In this document: positions 8,924 to 17,679 of the stretch, piece by piece
Layout: each line of letters starts with the position of its first letter
How positions within the stretch are numbered: position 1 is the stretch's first letter
Assembly: GCA_002402965.1 (NCBI GenBank)
Contig: DHGW01000092.1
Location: forward strand, 37,382-101,381
Source of the DNA: Bacteroidales bacterium UBA4788
Lineage (GTDB): Bacteria; Bacteroidota; Bacteroidia; Bacteroidales; VadinHA17
Reading direction: 5' to 3'
DNA length: 64,000 nucleotides
The notes under the pieces: generated by a model
What the model was told of the DNA's origin: nothing
What the model saw: the letters and a program-made list of their open reading frames with translations, nothing else
Databases searched by the model: none
Position numbers and translations under genes: made by a program

Positions 8924-10369
8924 CTACTTTTTCCAGAATGCTTTTGTAAAGAGAGCAATTATAGTAAAAATCTCCAGTCGGCCTACGATCATCAGTATCA
9001 CCATGGTCATCTTGGCCGTACTGTTAAAATGAGCATAATTGCCCATATTGCCGGAAGCACCCATTCCCGGTCCGACGCAGGCAAGGGATGAAGCGGAAGC
9101 GCCTGCAGCCTCAACGGCCGGTATGCCCGAGATGATCATGATGACCATCCCGATGATAAAAATGATCAGAAAAAGCTGAATGAATACTGTCATAAGGCTG
9201 TTTATGTTGTCAGGCACCACCTGTCCGTTAAGCTTGACAGGCATTATGGCATTGGGGTGCAGGAGCTTTACGCTGACGTTATGCAGGTTCTTGAGGGCAA
9301 TCAGATGACGGGCCATCTTTATGCCGCCGGTGGTTGAACCGGTGGATCCGCCGGAAAAGATCAGCAGGAAAATCAGGACCAGGGCTGCCTGGGGCCAAAC
9401 GGTATAATCGGTGGTTGCATAACCGGTAGTGGATATCGTGGAAACCACCTGGAAGAAGGCGTGCCTGAAGGCTTGCTCAAAGTTCCTTTCGGTTCCCGTG
9501 TATAAAATCATCGTCACAGTTACTACTGCGGCAGTAGTGAAGAATATATAAAACCAAAGCTCTTCATTCGATTTTACCCTGGAGAAATTTCTCTTCAGTA
9601 TGAAATAGAAGACCACGAAGCTGGCTGCAGAAAGGAACATGAATACTCCTATTACGTACTGTATATAAGCTGAATAACCTGAAATACTGGTATTCTTCGT
9701 TGAAAATCCCCCGGTGGCAACCGTACCGAACGCGTGACAGAAGCTGTCAAAAAGGTCCATGCCTCCGGCTGTCAGCATCAGAATCAGGACCACAGTCAGC
9801 AGCAGATAAATCATAAGGACAGCCAGGGCCACTGATTTGGTGCGGGGGAGCATCTTTTCCTTCAGGGATGATTCAAGCGAAAAGAGGCTGTAACCCCCCA
9901 CCTTTAGTGAAGGAAGAATGATAATCACCAGCAGAATGATGCCAATACCTCCAATCCAGTGGGTCAGGCTGCGCCAGAAAAGCACCGACTTTGACAGGAT
10001 CTCAATATTTGTAAGTGTTGAAGCCCCGGTTGTACTATAGCCAGAAACGCTCTCGAATATAATATTTATAATCCCCGTGATCTCACCGCTGAAAAAGTAA
10101 GGGAGTGTGCCTGACAGGCCAAGGGTTATCCACCCGAGTGTGACGCTCAGGTACCCCTCCCTCGCTGTCACTTTCTGGTGGAGAGGACTATGAGTCAGAA
10201 AGTAAAACAGACCACCCGGTATCATTGTCGTTACAAATGACAGCAGAAATGGCATTACAGGCTCTGAATAGACCAGTGCAACCGGTATGCATAGGAGAAA
10301 CGATGCGGCTGAGATCATCAGGATAAGCCCGATAATCTTTAATACGGATCTGAAATTGATGGTGTTCAT
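8924..10369 (-). CDS. trkH: TrkH/KtrB-family potassium uptake membrane protein
   Basis: 481 aa and polytopic. It has repeated selectivity-filter-like segments (SGYSTTGAS, ATGGFST, TTGYAT, GGSTGSTTGG) typical of TrkH. Confidence 0.9.
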   Translation of the reverse strand: MNTINFRSVLKIIGLILMISAASFLLCIPVALVYSEPVMPFLLSFVTTMIPGGLFYFLTHSPLHQKVTAREGYLSVTLGWITLGLSGTLPYFFSGEITGIINIIFESVSGYSTTGASTLTNIEILSKSVLFWRSLTHWIGGIGIILLVIIILPSLKVGGYSLFSLESSLKEKMLPRTKSVALAVLMIYLLLTVVLILMLTAGGMDLFDSFCHAFGTVATGGFSTKNTSISGYSAYIQYVIGVFMFLSAASFVVFYFILKRNFSRVKSNEELWFYIFFTTAAVVTVTMILYTGTERNFEQAFRHAFFQVVSTISTTGYATTDYTVWPQAALVLIFLLIFSGGSTGSTTGGIKMARHLIALKNLHNVSVKLLHPNAIMPVKLNGQVVPDNINSLMTVFIQLFLIIFIIGMVIMIISGIPAVEAAGASASSLACVGPGMGASGNMGNYAHFNSTAKMTMVILMIVGRLEIFTIIALFTKAFWKK

Positions 10370-10415
10370 ACCACCTTGTCTGTGTCAGACCGGGGCATGT
10401 AATCTCCGGTCGTCG

Positions 10416-10489
10416 TGATTCCGGAGCGACTCGAACGCTCGACCCACAGCTTAGAAGGCTGTTGCTCTATCCAACTGAGCTACGGAACC
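10416..10489 (-). tRNA. tRNA-Arg (anticodon TCT)
   Basis: Manual cloverleaf of GGTTCCG-TA-GCTC-AGTTGGATA-GAGC-A-ACAGC-CTTCTAA-GCTGT-GGGTC-GAGCG-TTCGAGT-CGCTC-CGGAATC-A. 74 nt, one G-U pair in the acceptor stem, T-loop TTCGAGT, no encoded CCA. Confidence 0.9.
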
Positions 10490-10630
10490 GTACCACGGTT
10501 TCTAAAAAACCGCCGCAAATATAATCAGATTTTTCCGTTTGACAACAGATTACTGCAGGTCTCGTGAGCTTCAGGCTATGTACACCGGGTTAACCGGTCA
10601 TTATGAGGCCGCACCTGTTCCAGACCACAA

Positions 10631-12406
10631 TCAGGCTGTCCTCATCCAGTTGACCAGCCCTTTCTTCACGATAATCTCCTTCAGTTCCGGTGGCAGCGGC
10701 TCGAAGGCGAACTGTTTATTCCCGACCTTCAGTGTGCCTTTGTCAAAGTCAATATCCACCCTGTCGCCCGGCTTATAGGCTTCCACAGCCTCCTTGTGGA
10801 CTATGAGCGGAAGACCCTGATTGATGGAGGAGCGATAAAAGATTCGGTTGACGGATTTAATTATCACCGCCTTGATTCCAAGTTGAGCCAGACCAACAGA
10901 AGGATGTTCTCGGGAGCTTCCGCAGCCGAAGTTGTCGCCGGCAATGATTATGTCACCTGGCTGGGCATTCTTGCTGAAGGAGGGGTCAAAATCGCCGAAC
11001 AGTAACGGTAGTATGGCAGCCGCATCCGAACTCATTACAGTGTAGGTGTGTTTCCCTGCAAACATCTGGTCAGTGTTCAGGTTATCCACATCGGCATAGT
11101 TCCATACGTTACCCTCTCTCCTGCTCTCACCCTCACTGATTGTGTTGGTTTTGCTCTGGGGCGGATTGAATGGGAAGAGTTCGTCGCCCTTCACAATCCT
11201 CGGATCAGTGATCACACCGGTAATTGCTGAGGCGGCGACTGTTGCCGGGGAGGCAAGATAGATTGAGGCTTCTTTGTTTCCCATCCTGCCAAGGAAATTG
11301 CGGTTGGCAGTTGATATCACCGTGTGCCCGGAAGCAGGAATTCCCTGGCCTGTGCCAAGGCAGGGTCCGCAGCTGGGACTGAGGATATTGGCTCCGGCCT
11401 CAATGAGGTCGGTGACTAGCCCCTCCCTGATGGCCTGCAGGTAGATATCCTTCGATGCAGGTATAATATGAAGCTGGAATCCGGGCTTTACCAATGCTCC
11501 CCGCAGAACTGCTGCTGCAGTCCTCAGATCTTCAATCCTTCCGTTGGTGCAGGTGCCAATGAGACCTTCGTGCACTACCGTACCGGCTACGGAGGCAACC
11601 GACTTGATATTATCCACATGGTGTGGTGCGGCAACCAGAGGGAAGACCTTTGCCAGGTCAATGGAGATGCGGCAGCGGTACTCAGCAGCTTCATCAGCCC
11701 ATAAGCCGCTCGTATCTGAGCCGATGTACTTCTGGAGAACCTCATCAGCCGGAAAGACAGCATTCTTTGCCCCCATCTCCGAAGCCAGGTTGGCAACAGT
11801 CATCCTATCGCTCACACTAAGGGTGGCAACGCCCTCACCGTGGAACTCAATGGACATGTAGTTGGCGCCGTCAGACCCCAGCATTCCGATAATCCACAGC
11901 GAAAGATCCTTGGCACTGACACCCGGACGAAGCTTGCCCTTAAGGTCGATCCTCATTGAAGGCGGCACCAGGAACCAGGTCTCACCCCTTTTCCATATTC
12001 CTGCTGCCTCTGTGCGGTCTATTCCTGCTGCAAGTGCGTTGAATGCCCCTGCAGTGCATGTGTGACTGTCGGACCCGACAATGATCATGCCCGGACGGGC
12101 GTGATGTGACATCATCTGGTGACAGATGCCCATGCCGGAATCATAAAACTTCCTGATGCCCTGTGCGGCAACAATGTTCCGGATGTCCTGGTATTGCGTC
12201 GCAAGTTTCGCGTCGGCGGGAGGCGCATTGTGATCGAGGACCACCACCATCTGTTCGGGATCGGAAACCTTCTCCCCTCCCATCTTGCGGAAAGTCTGGA
12301 AGATACTGGAGGTGTTGTCATGCGTCAGGATAAGATCAGGTTTCCTGAATACCACCGCTCCCTCGGGAGCGCCAAGCACCTTTTCAACAAATGTCATTGG
12401 TTTCAT
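10631..12406 (-). CDS. aconitase-family hydro-lyase, fused large (LeuC/HacA-like) and small (LeuD/HacB-like) domains, paralog 1
   Basis: 591 aa. Motifs LTHDNTSS, GSDSHTCTAGAF, and the cluster cysteines GTCTNGRIEDL and SCGPCLG. The C-terminal swivel domain has IIAGDNFGCGSSREH. Substrate unknown. Confidence 0.85.
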   Translation of the reverse strand: MKPMTFVEKVLGAPEGAVVFRKPDLILTHDNTSSIFQTFRKMGGEKVSDPEQMVVVLDHNAPPADAKLATQYQDIRNIVAAQGIRKFYDSGMGICHQMMSHHARPGMIIVGSDSHTCTAGAFNALAAGIDRTEAAGIWKRGETWFLVPPSMRIDLKGKLRPGVSAKDLSLWIIGMLGSDGANYMSIEFHGEGVATLSVSDRMTVANLASEMGAKNAVFPADEVLQKYIGSDTSGLWADEAAEYRCRISIDLAKVFPLVAAPHHVDNIKSVASVAGTVVHEGLIGTCTNGRIEDLRTAAAVLRGALVKPGFQLHIIPASKDIYLQAIREGLVTDLIEAGANILSPSCGPCLGTGQGIPASGHTVISTANRNFLGRMGNKEASIYLASPATVAASAITGVITDPRIVKGDELFPFNPPQSKTNTISEGESRREGNVWNYADVDNLNTDQMFAGKHTYTVMSSDAAAILPLLFGDFDPSFSKNAQPGDIIIAGDNFGCGSSREHPSVGLAQLGIKAVIIKSVNRIFYRSSINQGLPLIVHKEAVEAYKPGDRVDIDFDKGTLKVGNKQFAFEPLPPELKEIIVKKGLVNWMRTA

Positions 12407-12424
12407 GTTTGATGTATGTTTTTC

Positions 12425-14242
12425 TTAAACTTTGCCTAACAGACCGCCTCTTTTATATATTTCATACTGTGCGTCGTAGAAAGGATTAATTAAAGTCTTC
12501 ATTCCATTGCGCTCATTGACAGCCTCACCGGTAAGAAGGTTGACAGAGATGACATCCTGGTCTTTCAGATCGATGACATCAAGTGAGTTGCAGGTGAGCA
12601 CCGGGAATGCAGCGTTAATAGCATTGCGCTCGTAAATAGCCCCGAATGAGCGGGCAATCACTGCCTGAACACCCAGTGACACGAAGCAGTCGACCGCCTG
12701 CTGGCGTGAACTGCCGCTGCCGAAGTTCCTGCCGGCGACGATGAGGTCACCTGCCTGAGCCCTTTTTGCGAAGTCCTTGTATCCTTCCAGGTTATCGAGG
12801 GCATACTGCCCCATCTCGCGTATGTCGGTGATGGCCAGGTAACGGTTATGGAAGATCATGTCGGTATCAATGTTGTCACGGTCTATCAGCCATACTCTGC
12901 CCCTGATGAGGGTCGGCCTCTCTACTGTTCCGGTCATTTTAGGTGCGGAGGCAGCCAGCGGCTGTTCGGAGCTGTACCTGGTCTCAAGTGGTGAAGCCGG
13001 AACAGCGTCAGGCGTGGTTATGTATCCGGCAATTGCCGATGACGCCACCACTGAGGGGGATGCAAGGAAAACGCTTCCCTGCCCTTGTTTGCCGGGGAAA
13101 TTTCTGTTGCCAGTGGAGATGGTCACCTCTCCCTTGCCATTCTGTCCCACCTGTCCGGCGGCACAGCCTGCACAGCCTGCATTTGAGACCAGCGCGCCGG
13201 CATCCTTGAATACCACCATGAGTCCCTCGTCAAGGCACTGTTTCCAAATGGCATCCGTAGAGGGCACTATCTTGAGGACAACACCAGGAGCGACCTTCTT
13301 TCCCCTGAGTATCGCAGCCGTCATACGCATATCCTCGATCCGGCCATTGGTGCAGCTGCCGATGAAGGCCGAGTCAATCCTTGTAACAGGTAACTCCTTC
13401 ACTCCCACAGTGTCATGCGGTTCACCAGGGCGTGATACCATCGGTACAAATGTAGTGACGTCAATATCGGCCGTGATATCATACTTTGCATCCGCATCTG
13501 CATAAACAGGCTCAAAGGGCGACCTGGCTCGTGCCCTGCAATAATCGATAATCCCTGGTGTAGGCGGGAAGAGGATGATTATTCCGCCCATCTCCGTTGC
13601 CATGGAGGCGATGGTGATGCGCTCATCAAGGGTCATCTGTTCAGTGGCATCACCGTAGAGCTCAATACTGTATCCCAGCAGGGTATTGGCGCCATAGATG
13701 CGCAAAAGATTCAGGATGACATCCTTTGCTGTTACGCCCTCCGGCAGTGTGCCGTTAAGGGTCAGCTTCACCGAGGCCGGAACCTTAAACCATACACGAC
13801 CGCTGTTCCATGCCGCGGCGATGTCCATATCACCCATCCCCTGGCCGAAAGCTCCCACGGCTCCGAGAATGTTGGCATGCGAGTCGGTCGATACCGCCGT
13901 CGAACCCGGCCAGACATAACCCTCTTCCATGAGCAGGTGGGTGCCTATTCCGGCATTGATGTCGTAAACCTTTATGCCGTTGTTACGAGCATATTGCCTG
14001 CATATATGCTGGTTGACCGCATACTTCTGATCGGAGCCCGTGGGATTGCAGTCGAAGGTAAAGAGAGTCTTCTCCGGATCATCAACCTTCAGTCCGAAAT
14101 CGTTCAGGTTCTTCACCACATTTGCGCCGCCGAAGTCCCTGGCAGCGCGGGCGTCAATGGTTATGTCAACAATGTCACCCGGCTTAACTGTATCGTATCT
14201 GGAGTGAGCGGCAATGATTTTTTCAGTTATTGTCATTCCCAT
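12425..14242 (-). CDS. aconitase-family hydro-lyase, fused large and small domains, paralog 2
   Basis: About 605 aa from MGMTITEKIIAAH; the longest ORF starts at 14293. Motifs STDSHANILGA, GSCTNGRIEDM and GCAGCAAGQ, with C-terminal IVAGRNFGSGSSRQQA. It sits 18 nt upstream of paralog 1 and is clearly divergent from it. Confidence 0.85.
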   Translation of the reverse strand: MGMTITEKIIAAHSRYDTVKPGDIVDITIDARAARDFGGANVVKNLNDFGLKVDDPEKTLFTFDCNPTGSDQKYAVNQHICRQYARNNGIKVYDINAGIGTHLLMEEGYVWPGSTAVSTDSHANILGAVGAFGQGMGDMDIAAAWNSGRVWFKVPASVKLTLNGTLPEGVTAKDVILNLLRIYGANTLLGYSIELYGDATEQMTLDERITIASMATEMGGIIILFPPTPGIIDYCRARARSPFEPVYADADAKYDITADIDVTTFVPMVSRPGEPHDTVGVKELPVTRIDSAFIGSCTNGRIEDMRMTAAILRGKKVAPGVVLKIVPSTDAIWKQCLDEGLMVVFKDAGALVSNAGCAGCAAGQVGQNGKGEVTISTGNRNFPGKQGQGSVFLASPSVVASSAIAGYITTPDAVPASPLETRYSSEQPLAASAPKMTGTVERPTLIRGRVWLIDRDNIDTDMIFHNRYLAITDIREMGQYALDNLEGYKDFAKRAQAGDLIVAGRNFGSGSSRQQAVDCFVSLGVQAVIARSFGAIYERNAINAAFPVLTCNSLDVIDLKDQDVISVNLLTGEAVNERNGMKTLINPFYDAQYEIYKRGGLLGKV

Positions 14243-14353
14243 GGTCGTGAGGTTTTTTGTTGGTTCAGAGGCAAATTTAGCAATACGGATCAATCCCCGT
14301 TATGAAAAATATCATGCGTTGGATGCAGATTTAAGAGAGAATCCCCCGGAAAA

Positions 14354-15202
14354 TCAGTTCCTGTACTGCGCCCTGTAATCGCGGGCCGACATTCCGGCAT
14401 GCTTCCGGAACTGCTTATTGAAGTTTGAAACGGTGGCAAAGCCGCATTCGAATACTATTTCATTTATCTGGTGGTCTGTTTCACGAAGCAGGTAGCAGGC
14501 TTTGTTTGTCCGTACCTGGTTGACATAGTCGACGAAGCCGCTGCCGGTGCTTCTTGAGAAGAAACGGCTGAATGAGTGCGAACTCATTTTTACCACGGCA
14601 GCCACCTCCTTCACTGGTATTGCCCTGTAGAAATTGTCACTCACAAAGGAACATACTTCTGTCAGCCGGGTGTCAGTAATGGTGCTTTTTCCTTCCGGGC
14701 TCTCCCCTGAAAGGGTCTTGCTCCTTGGAGCGGAACAGAGTATGTCCAGAAGCCTGAAGAGACTTACCATTTTCTTCATTCCCGTTTCGGAGAGCAGCCT
14801 GCGCATCGGCTCTTCTGCCGCTTCGCCGGTCTCAGGCGGGAAGGCTATCCCCCTGGCTGATCCGTCGAGGAGCCGTCTCAGTTCCGCCAGTTCGAACTGC
14901 GAGAGAAGATTGTCACCGAAAGAATCGCGCCTGAAATGCACCATTATGGCGTGACGCCCCTTATCATTCTCATCCTGCCTGTGAAAATTCCAGAAATGCT
15001 TCAGATCTGGTCCGAACATCACAAGATCATAACGGTCAAAAATCTCAACCGAATCACCCGCCACACGGGTGCCGTTACCTGTAATGTTCAAAACTATCTC
15101 ATATTCAGGATGCAGATGGAGAAAACTGCTCTCGCTATCCATCCAGGCGGCCCTGAACCCCGATCCGTCGTCATGCCTGATGCTGATGATTTCAGGTATC
15201 AT
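14354..15202 (-). CDS. AraC-family transcriptional regulator (cupin-like N-domain plus C-terminal HTH)
   Basis: 282 aa. The C-terminus VKEVAAVVKMSSHSFSRFFSRSTGSGFVDYVNQVRTNKACYLL...ECGFATVSNFNKQFRKHAGMSARDYR is a typical AraC double HTH. Confidence 0.9.
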   Translation of the reverse strand: MIPEIISIRHDDGSGFRAAWMDSESSFLHLHPEYEIVLNITGNGTRVAGDSVEIFDRYDLVMFGPDLKHFWNFHRQDENDKGRHAIMVHFRRDSFGDNLLSQFELAELRRLLDGSARGIAFPPETGEAAEEPMRRLLSETGMKKMVSLFRLLDILCSAPRSKTLSGESPEGKSTITDTRLTEVCSFVSDNFYRAIPVKEVAAVVKMSSHSFSRFFSRSTGSGFVDYVNQVRTNKACYLLRETDHQINEIVFECGFATVSNFNKQFRKHAGMSARDYRAQYRN

Positions 15203-15553
15203 AGTAAAAGATTTAATGTCAGGATTATGAATGATCCAATATTCAGTTTAAAAGTAAACATTCCTGACCTAATTAACAACCGGTTAAATTGGACTGCATT
15301 TTTTTTTCAAAACATTTGCATAATATTTATTTATGTATTACATTTGTTCAAACGTGAAATAAAAGAGGAGAGTAAGGGTTACTTGTGGGAATCAATAGGA
15401 TTGTATTGCAGACATTGACTTTCACATGGACCTATAGGCTGACTACCATAGGTTACTTCCTTTTATCAGACAGTAGATTCCGGGATTATCTCATAAGCCC
15501 GTTCCTTAAAGTACCACGGTAGCCCTCTCCTCTTTTTTCTTTTGTATCTGCCG

Positions 15554-16255
15554 ATGAAAACTTTCCTCCGAAGATTTGAGAACAACAGGGATCTCGTTAT
15601 ACTCTTCGGCACCTGGGGAATAGATGAAAAAGCCTTCTCAAACCTTTGCACTGACAATCACGACTTCATACTGTTTTACAACTACTCAGCTGACGAGCCG
15701 CTGATCCTGCCGGAGATGAAGATCTACAGGCAGGTTACTGTCATCGGCTGGTCCCTTGGTGTCTGGGCGGCGGAATACTACAGCAGGAAACTCGGAATCA
15801 AGCCTGATCTTACAATTGCCATAAACGGTACTCCTGTTGCTGCTGACGATAAACATGGGATTCCCCTCAGGATCTTCGAGGCAACGCTTGACAATATCTC
15901 CAACTACAGCATGGCGAAGTTCTATCTCAGGCTTTTCGGCACCAGGAGCCGGTTTGAGTTAAACCGCAATCATATACCCACCCGCTCGGAAAAGTCGCTG
16001 CACGACGAGCTGAGATGGCTTTACAACCGGATGATGGAGCCAGTGCAGACCGGGTTCATCTGGGACTATTCGCTCATTGGCTCCGAGGACAGGGTCTTCA
16101 GGGCATCAAATCTTATAAACTACTGGTCTGAGCATCCCGAGACACGACAGATCATCGTGGAAGCACCACATTATCTCTTCGATAACTGGAATTCGCTCGA
16201 GCAGCTGATCAGGTACGTGAGACGCTTCCGCCTCTCGCCCTTTCGCAATAAATGA
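15554..16255 (+). CDS. bioG: DUF452 / BioG-like alpha/beta hydrolase (pimeloyl-ACP methyl ester esterase family)
   Basis: DLVILFGTWGIDEKAF, the nucleophile-elbow-like VIGWSLGVWAA, and AINGTPVAADDKHGIP...FYLRLFG resemble BioG/DUF452. ATG at 15554 chosen. Confidence 0.65.
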   Translation: MKTFLRRFENNRDLVILFGTWGIDEKAFSNLCTDNHDFILFYNYSADEPLILPEMKIYRQVTVIGWSLGVWAAEYYSRKLGIKPDLTIAINGTPVAADDKHGIPLRIFEATLDNISNYSMAKFYLRLFGTRSRFELNRNHIPTRSEKSLHDELRWLYNRMMEPVQTGFIWDYSLIGSEDRVFRASNLINYWSEHPETRQIIVEAPHYLFDNWNSLEQLIRYVRRFRLSPFRNK

Positions 16256-16259
16256 CGGG

Positions 16260-17594
16260 CTAAATATCCCTCAGAAGGACATTGGTTTCAGAAGTGGCAA
16301 TCAGGCTCTCAAATTTCGTAAGTGCAGCATCAATCTTTCTGTAATCGGAATTGTTAATTACCACCTTATGCTGCGATCCTGGTGAATCAATCTGTTCAAG
16401 TATGAATGAGAGTGTCATCCTGTTGATGTCAGTGGCAGGCTGGTAAACGTATTTTTCAAGCTCTTCATTCCATACTTCGGTAACGATCGATGATTCATGA
16501 AGGATATCGAGGCAGTCATGCACCGTCCTTACCGGCAGGCTGAGTTCAAGGGAAATCTCTTCAGGTGATCTCGGCTTGACCCCCTTTACAAAATCGTCTA
16601 TCAGCGAGTGCATTACCAGCAGCGAGAGTCTCTTCTTCTGCTTAGGTGAGACTGTCTGGACATCAAACTCAAACTCATACCTCGTGATGTTCTGCAGGTA
16701 GTAAGAGAGCTGAGCCCCCATCAGCAGAATCACCCAACTCATCTGGATCCATACCATCAGAAGCGGTATGGCTGCAAAGCTTCCGTAAAGAGCGCCAAGC
16801 CTTGTCAGTCCCATCTGTGATTCCACATAGACTATCTGGAGAACCTGCAGCGCAATACCTGCCACCAGGCCGGCCACAAGGGCAGTGCGGAACTTGACCC
16901 TGGTGTTTGGCATAGCAAGGAATGCCGCTGTGGCGAGCGTGCATAGCAGAATGAATGGAATGAGCTTAACAAGAAAGGAAACGACAGGCTTGAGCCCCTC
17001 CAGCATGTCCGAACTGCTCAGAAGTTCATTGAGCCGTGTCGTGGCAAGCACAGTGGCACTGCTTGATGCAATGAAAAGTGCTGGAACCAGGATGATGACT
17101 GCCAGATAATCTGTCACCTGGCGATACCATACCCTCGTCTCTCCAACCTTCCAGATTGAGTTGAAAGTATTCTCAACGTACCTGAGCAACTGACCGACGG
17201 TGGAAAACAGGAAGGCCACACCTATCCCGGCAAGCCATCCCCCGCTGGTCTGTTCAAGGGTGTTATTTGCGAAATCAAGAATCCAGTTCATCACCTGTTC
17301 CTGGTTGTGAAACTGCATGATTATCTGAGCTCTGAGCTCATCATGAAGCCCGAATCCCTTGGCTATGCCAAAGGCAAGGGCAACCATCGGAATGACGGAA
17401 AGTATTGTAAAGAAAGTGAGTGCGGAGGCTTTTATGTAAATGTTATCCCTGTTTATTCCCTTGTAAAGCAGATAAAAGATGCGCTTCTGACGAATCCAGA
17501 AAGGGACAGACCTCTTCAGTCTTTCTGCAAAAACCTTGCGGCTCAGGACTGCCCGTTCCTTTAGTGATTGTCTTATCGTTGATATGGGTCTCAT
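16260..17594 (-). CDS. YihY/BrkB-family inner-membrane protein with C-terminal soluble extension
   Basis: 444 aa. The N-terminal region IYIKASALTFFTILSVIPMVAL and the polytopic core are typical of YihY. The last roughly 130 aa (LSLLVMHSLIDDFVKG...EEISLELSLPVRTVHDCLDILHESSIV) look like a winged helix. Confidence 0.75.
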   Translation of the reverse strand: MRPISTIRQSLKERAVLSRKVFAERLKRSVPFWIRQKRIFYLLYKGINRDNIYIKASALTFFTILSVIPMVALAFGIAKGFGLHDELRAQIIMQFHNQEQVMNWILDFANNTLEQTSGGWLAGIGVAFLFSTVGQLLRYVENTFNSIWKVGETRVWYRQVTDYLAVIILVPALFIASSSATVLATTRLNELLSSSDMLEGLKPVVSFLVKLIPFILLCTLATAAFLAMPNTRVKFRTALVAGLVAGIALQVLQIVYVESQMGLTRLGALYGSFAAIPLLMVWIQMSWVILLMGAQLSYYLQNITRYEFEFDVQTVSPKQKKRLSLLVMHSLIDDFVKGVKPRSPEEISLELSLPVRTVHDCLDILHESSIVTEVWNEELEKYVYQPATDINRMTLSFILEQIDSPGSQHKVVINNSDYRKIDAALTKFESLIATSETNVLLRDI

Positions 17595-17679
17595 CAGACT
17601 CTTTGATTTTTACAGGAATACAAATTTAAGAAATGATCTTCAAACACTATTATTATATTCACACTTTGAAGAATACAAC

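Noticed and set aside
10370-10415. Possible c-di-AMP (ydaO-type) riboswitch upstream of trkH
   Set aside because: Only about 46 nt separate the trkH start from the tRNA gene, too short for that riboswitch, and I saw no conserved elements.
10370-10630. tRNA-Arg as a possible integration hotspot or genomic-island border
   Set aside because: I noticed no integrase, no direct repeat of the tRNA 3' end and no compositional break on either side. The flanking genes are ordinary chromosomal genes.
12858-13505. 215-aa plus-strand ORF, along with similar long antisense ORFs at 21348-21947, 31673-32257, 34850-35452, 53219-53710 and 56065-56682
   Set aside because: Each is fully nested antisense to, or out of frame with, a gene that has strong family motifs. 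Their composition is low-complexity (Ser/Pro/Ala/Arg-rich), typical of shadow ORFs.
15203-15553. AT-rich 350-bp intergenic region with small hairpins (e.g. CCTAT...ATAGG near 15430-15455), considered as a small RNA
   Set aside because: The stems are short and imperfect, and I recognised no conserved RNA motif. It most likely holds divergent promoters for the AraC and DUF452 genes.
15466-15657. 63-aa minus-strand ORF overlapping the bioG-like start
   Set aside because: It overlaps the better-supported plus-strand DUF452 gene and the AT-rich promoter region, and has a basic low-complexity sequence.
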